DNA of 64,000 bases from assembly GCA_045535075.1 (NCBI GenBank), contig JAZSKX010000017.1:96001-160000 (forward strand). The letters are read 5' to 3'. The notes under the pieces are model-generated. The model was not told where the DNA came from. It worked only from the letters and a program-made list of their open reading frames with translations, and did no database searches. Made by a program: the position numbers and the translations under genes. Source of the DNA: Candidatus Spyradenecus sp. GTDB lineage: Bacteria > Verrucomicrobiota > Verrucomicrobiia > Opitutales > UBA953. Of the stretch, positions 61,795-64,000 are shown in pieces. Positions within the stretch are counted from its first letter, which is position 1; the number at the start of each line of letters is the position of its first letter.

Positions 61795-63306
61795 TTAAGC
61801 GCAACGCGTGGCGTGAAGGCGTTCGGGTTCGCTCATTGCGGCGAGTTCTTCGACTTTTTTAATGTCGAGGCCGAGCGCGTTCGCAATGCGCGTCCCGTAA
61901 TCTTTGTCCGCCAAATAGCAGTGCGCGGCGTGGCGGTATTTGACGTTTTCGGTAACGGGCGCAATGTCTGCCGCCGTGTTTGAAATCAGAAGCTGTTTCT
62001 TATCTTCCGTCATCAGTCGGAACAAGTCGCCGGCTTGGTAGAAGCAATCGTCCGTCTTGTCGTCGTAAGGGCTGTGATGGTCAATATCGCCGTCAACCTT
62101 CATTTTCGGCGGACGAACGCTTGCATCGCTTTCCCATTCGCCGAAGCCGTTGGGCGCGTAGCCTTTAGTTGCGCCGGCGTTCCCGTCGACTCGCATAAAT
62201 CCGTCGCGATGATAGGAATGCATCGGGCAACGTGCCTTATTGACCGGAATCTGGTCGTGATTGACGCCGAGGCGGTAGCGTTGCGCGTCGCCGTAGGAAA
62301 ACAGGCGCCCCTGCAACAATTTATCCGGCGAAAAGCCGATTCCGGGAACGACGTGCGCGGGCGCGAACGCCGCCTGCTCGACATCGGCGAAATAATTTTC
62401 CGGATTACGGTTCAGCTCAAGCGTGCCAACTTCAATCAGCGGGAACGTTTTCTGGCTCCACGTTTTCGTGATATCAAACGGATTTTCCTTATAATTTTTC
62501 GCCTGTTCTTCCGTCATGATTTGGAAGAAAAGCCGCCAGCGCGGGAAATCGCCGCGTTCAATTGCGTCAAACAAATCGCGCTGATGGCTTTCGCGGTCGG
62601 AGGCGATGATTTTCGCGGCTTCCTCGTTTGTCAGGTTTTTAATGCCCTGTTGTGTTTTAAAGTGGAACTTCACCCAAAAACGCGTTCCCGCCGCATTGAC
62701 GAGGCTGTAGGTGTGGCTGCCGAAGCCGTGCATGTGGCGATAGCTTGCGGGAATGCCGCGGTCGGACATCACAACGGTGATCTGGTGAAGCGCTTCCGGA
62801 AGCATCGTCCAAAAATCCCAGTTGTTTTGCGGCGAGCGCAAATTTGTTTTCGGGTCGCGCTTCACGGCGTGATTCAAATCCGGGAACTGGAGCGGATCGC
62901 GAATAAAGAAGACCGGCGTGTTGTTGCCGACCAAATCCCAGTTGCCTTCTTCGGTGTAGAATTTGATCGCGAACCCCCGAATGTCGCGCTCCGCATCCGC
63001 CGCGCCGCGTTCGCCGGCGACCGTCGAAAAACGCACGAAAACGTCCGTCTTTTTGCCGATTTCGGAAAAAAGTTTCGCGCAGGTATACTGCGTAACGTCG
63101 TGCGTCGTCGTAAACGTCCCGAACGCGCCGCTGCCCTTGGCGTGCATGCGCCGCTCGGGAATAACTTCGCGGTCGAAATGCGCGAGCTTTTCCATCAGCC
63201 ACACGTCCTGCATCATAATCGGACCGCGCGCGCCCGCAGTCTGCGAGTGAATGTTGTCGGAAACCGGAGCACCGACCTCGTTGGTGAGTTTGTTTTGTTT
63301 TTCCAT
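61795..63306 (-). CDS. katA: Monofunctional haem catalase
   Basis: [44 protein letters not shown]. Confidence 0.97.
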   Translation of the reverse strand: MEKQNKLTNEVGAPVSDNIHSQTAGARGPIMMQDVWLMEKLAHFDREVIPERRMHAKGSGAFGTFTTTHDVTQYTCAKLFSEIGKKTDVFVRFSTVAGERGAADAERDIRGFAIKFYTEEGNWDLVGNNTPVFFIRDPLQFPDLNHAVKRDPKTNLRSPQNNWDFWTMLPEALHQITVVMSDRGIPASYRHMHGFGSHTYSLVNAAGTRFWVKFHFKTQQGIKNLTNEEAAKIIASDRESHQRDLFDAIERGDFPRWRLFFQIMTEEQAKNYKENPFDITKTWSQKTFPLIEVGTLELNRNPENYFADVEQAAFAPAHVVPGIGFSPDKLLQGRLFSYGDAQRYRLGVNHDQIPVNKARCPMHSYHRDGFMRVDGNAGATKGYAPNGFGEWESDASVRPPKMKVDGDIDHHSPYDDKTDDCFYQAGDLFRLMTEDKKQLLISNTAADIAPVTENVKYRHAAHCYLADKDYGTRIANALGLDIKKVEELAAMSEPERLHATRCA

Positions 63307-63468
63307 GTTTTGTATTTGTTTTATTTTTGAAATGAATACAACTCTTATGCAGGTTTTTCGTTTTGTGTAAAGCTCAGATTTTCACTTCTGTAATAAATTC
63401 GCGTTCCCGCGGAAACGCTTTGTCTATCAAAAACAAAAAAAACGCCGGCTTTTAACCGGCGTTGAAAG

Positions 63469-63544
63469 TGGTGGTCAGGGGCGGGATCGAACCGCCGACA
63501 CAGGGATTTTCAGTCCCTTGCTCTACCGACTGAGCTACCTAACC
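63469..63544 (-). tRNA. tRNA-Phe (GAA)
   Basis: GGTTAGGTAGCTCAG...AGGGA CTGAAAA TCCCT...GGTTCGATCC...GACCACCA. Confidence 0.96.
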
Positions 63545-63684
63545 AAAAATGAAAGAGACTTGATTGAATTGTTTTTACGCTTTTTTGTCAAATTTATTTT
63601 TGTCTTATAACGAATTTTTCTTGTTTGATTTTTTGAAGAATAAATTTGTCGCATTCTGCGGGATTGGCGTAGACTGCTTTATTC

Positions 63685-64000
63685 GTGCGACGTAAATCCA
63701 TCATTTTTCTTTTTATTTTGGCTCTTTCGGCGTTTGGAATACTTGTGTTTTCCTGCGTCGCGGGAACGGCGGAACTCTCGTATACGGAAATTTCGCTCGC
63801 GCTGAAATCATTTTTCGTCGAATCCGGGGAAGAAGCGGATTTTGCGAGGACAATTATTTTTGAAATTCGCCTCCCGCGCGCCGTTGCGGCTTTAATTTGC
63901 GGCTTGGCGTTGGGGACGGCGGGAGCGGCACTTCAGGGGCTTTTTCGCAATCCGCTGGCAGATCCCGGGTTAATCGGAGTTTCCTCCGGCGGCGCGCTCG
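63685..64000 (+). CDS. FecCD/BtuC-family iron-chelate ABC permease (3' truncated; absent from the ORF track)
   Basis: GTG at 63685; translates to IRLPRAVAA...GAALQGLFRNPLADPGLIGVSSGGAL. Confidence 0.92.
   Translation, partial: MRRKSIIFLFILALSAFGILVFSCVAGTAELSYTEISLALKSFFVESGEEADFARTIIFEIRLPRAVAALICGLALGTAGAALQGLFRNPLADPGLIGVSSGGAL

Overview
A 64-kb chromosomal segment of moderate GC from a Verrucomicrobiota bacterium, probably Opitutales-like. The lineage is inferred from PEP-CTERM proteins ending PEPSAFGLLAGL..RRRR, a PVC-type pilin and a GldAFG-like/DUF4340 operon. Most of it is housekeeping: rpiB, glyA, lspA, dksA-like, metY, murG-ftsW-LysM-murD, gltA, ddl, ileS, type III glnA, icd, purH, dtd, katA and six tRNAs. 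It also has three PEP-CTERM surface-protein genes, a GH2 lipoprotein and an organoarsenical-type ars operon. The strongest unexplained signal is a non-palindromic 9-mer, GCGGGAACG/CGTTCCCGC. I count about 100 exact copies by eye, where fewer than 1 is expected. It occurs on both strands, inside genes (as Ala-Gly-Thr or Val-Pro-Ala) and paired as terminator hairpins, and it is absent from a foreign island. This is how a DNA uptake sequence behaves, and I know of none described in this phylum. Other highlights: (i) two PEP-CTERM genes share a TTGACA-N7-polyG-TA(G/A)AAT promoter that looks phase-variable, and one is also frameshifted in an A-run; (ii) a 4.3-kb island in the 3' end of purH is bounded by a 238-bp, synonymously diverged duplication and carries a TIR/NDT-like + PD-(D/E)XK nuclease pair (candidate defence system); (iii) a Fic-family gene lacks its catalytic core through an in-frame deletion. 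All counts and alignments were done by eye and no database searches were run.
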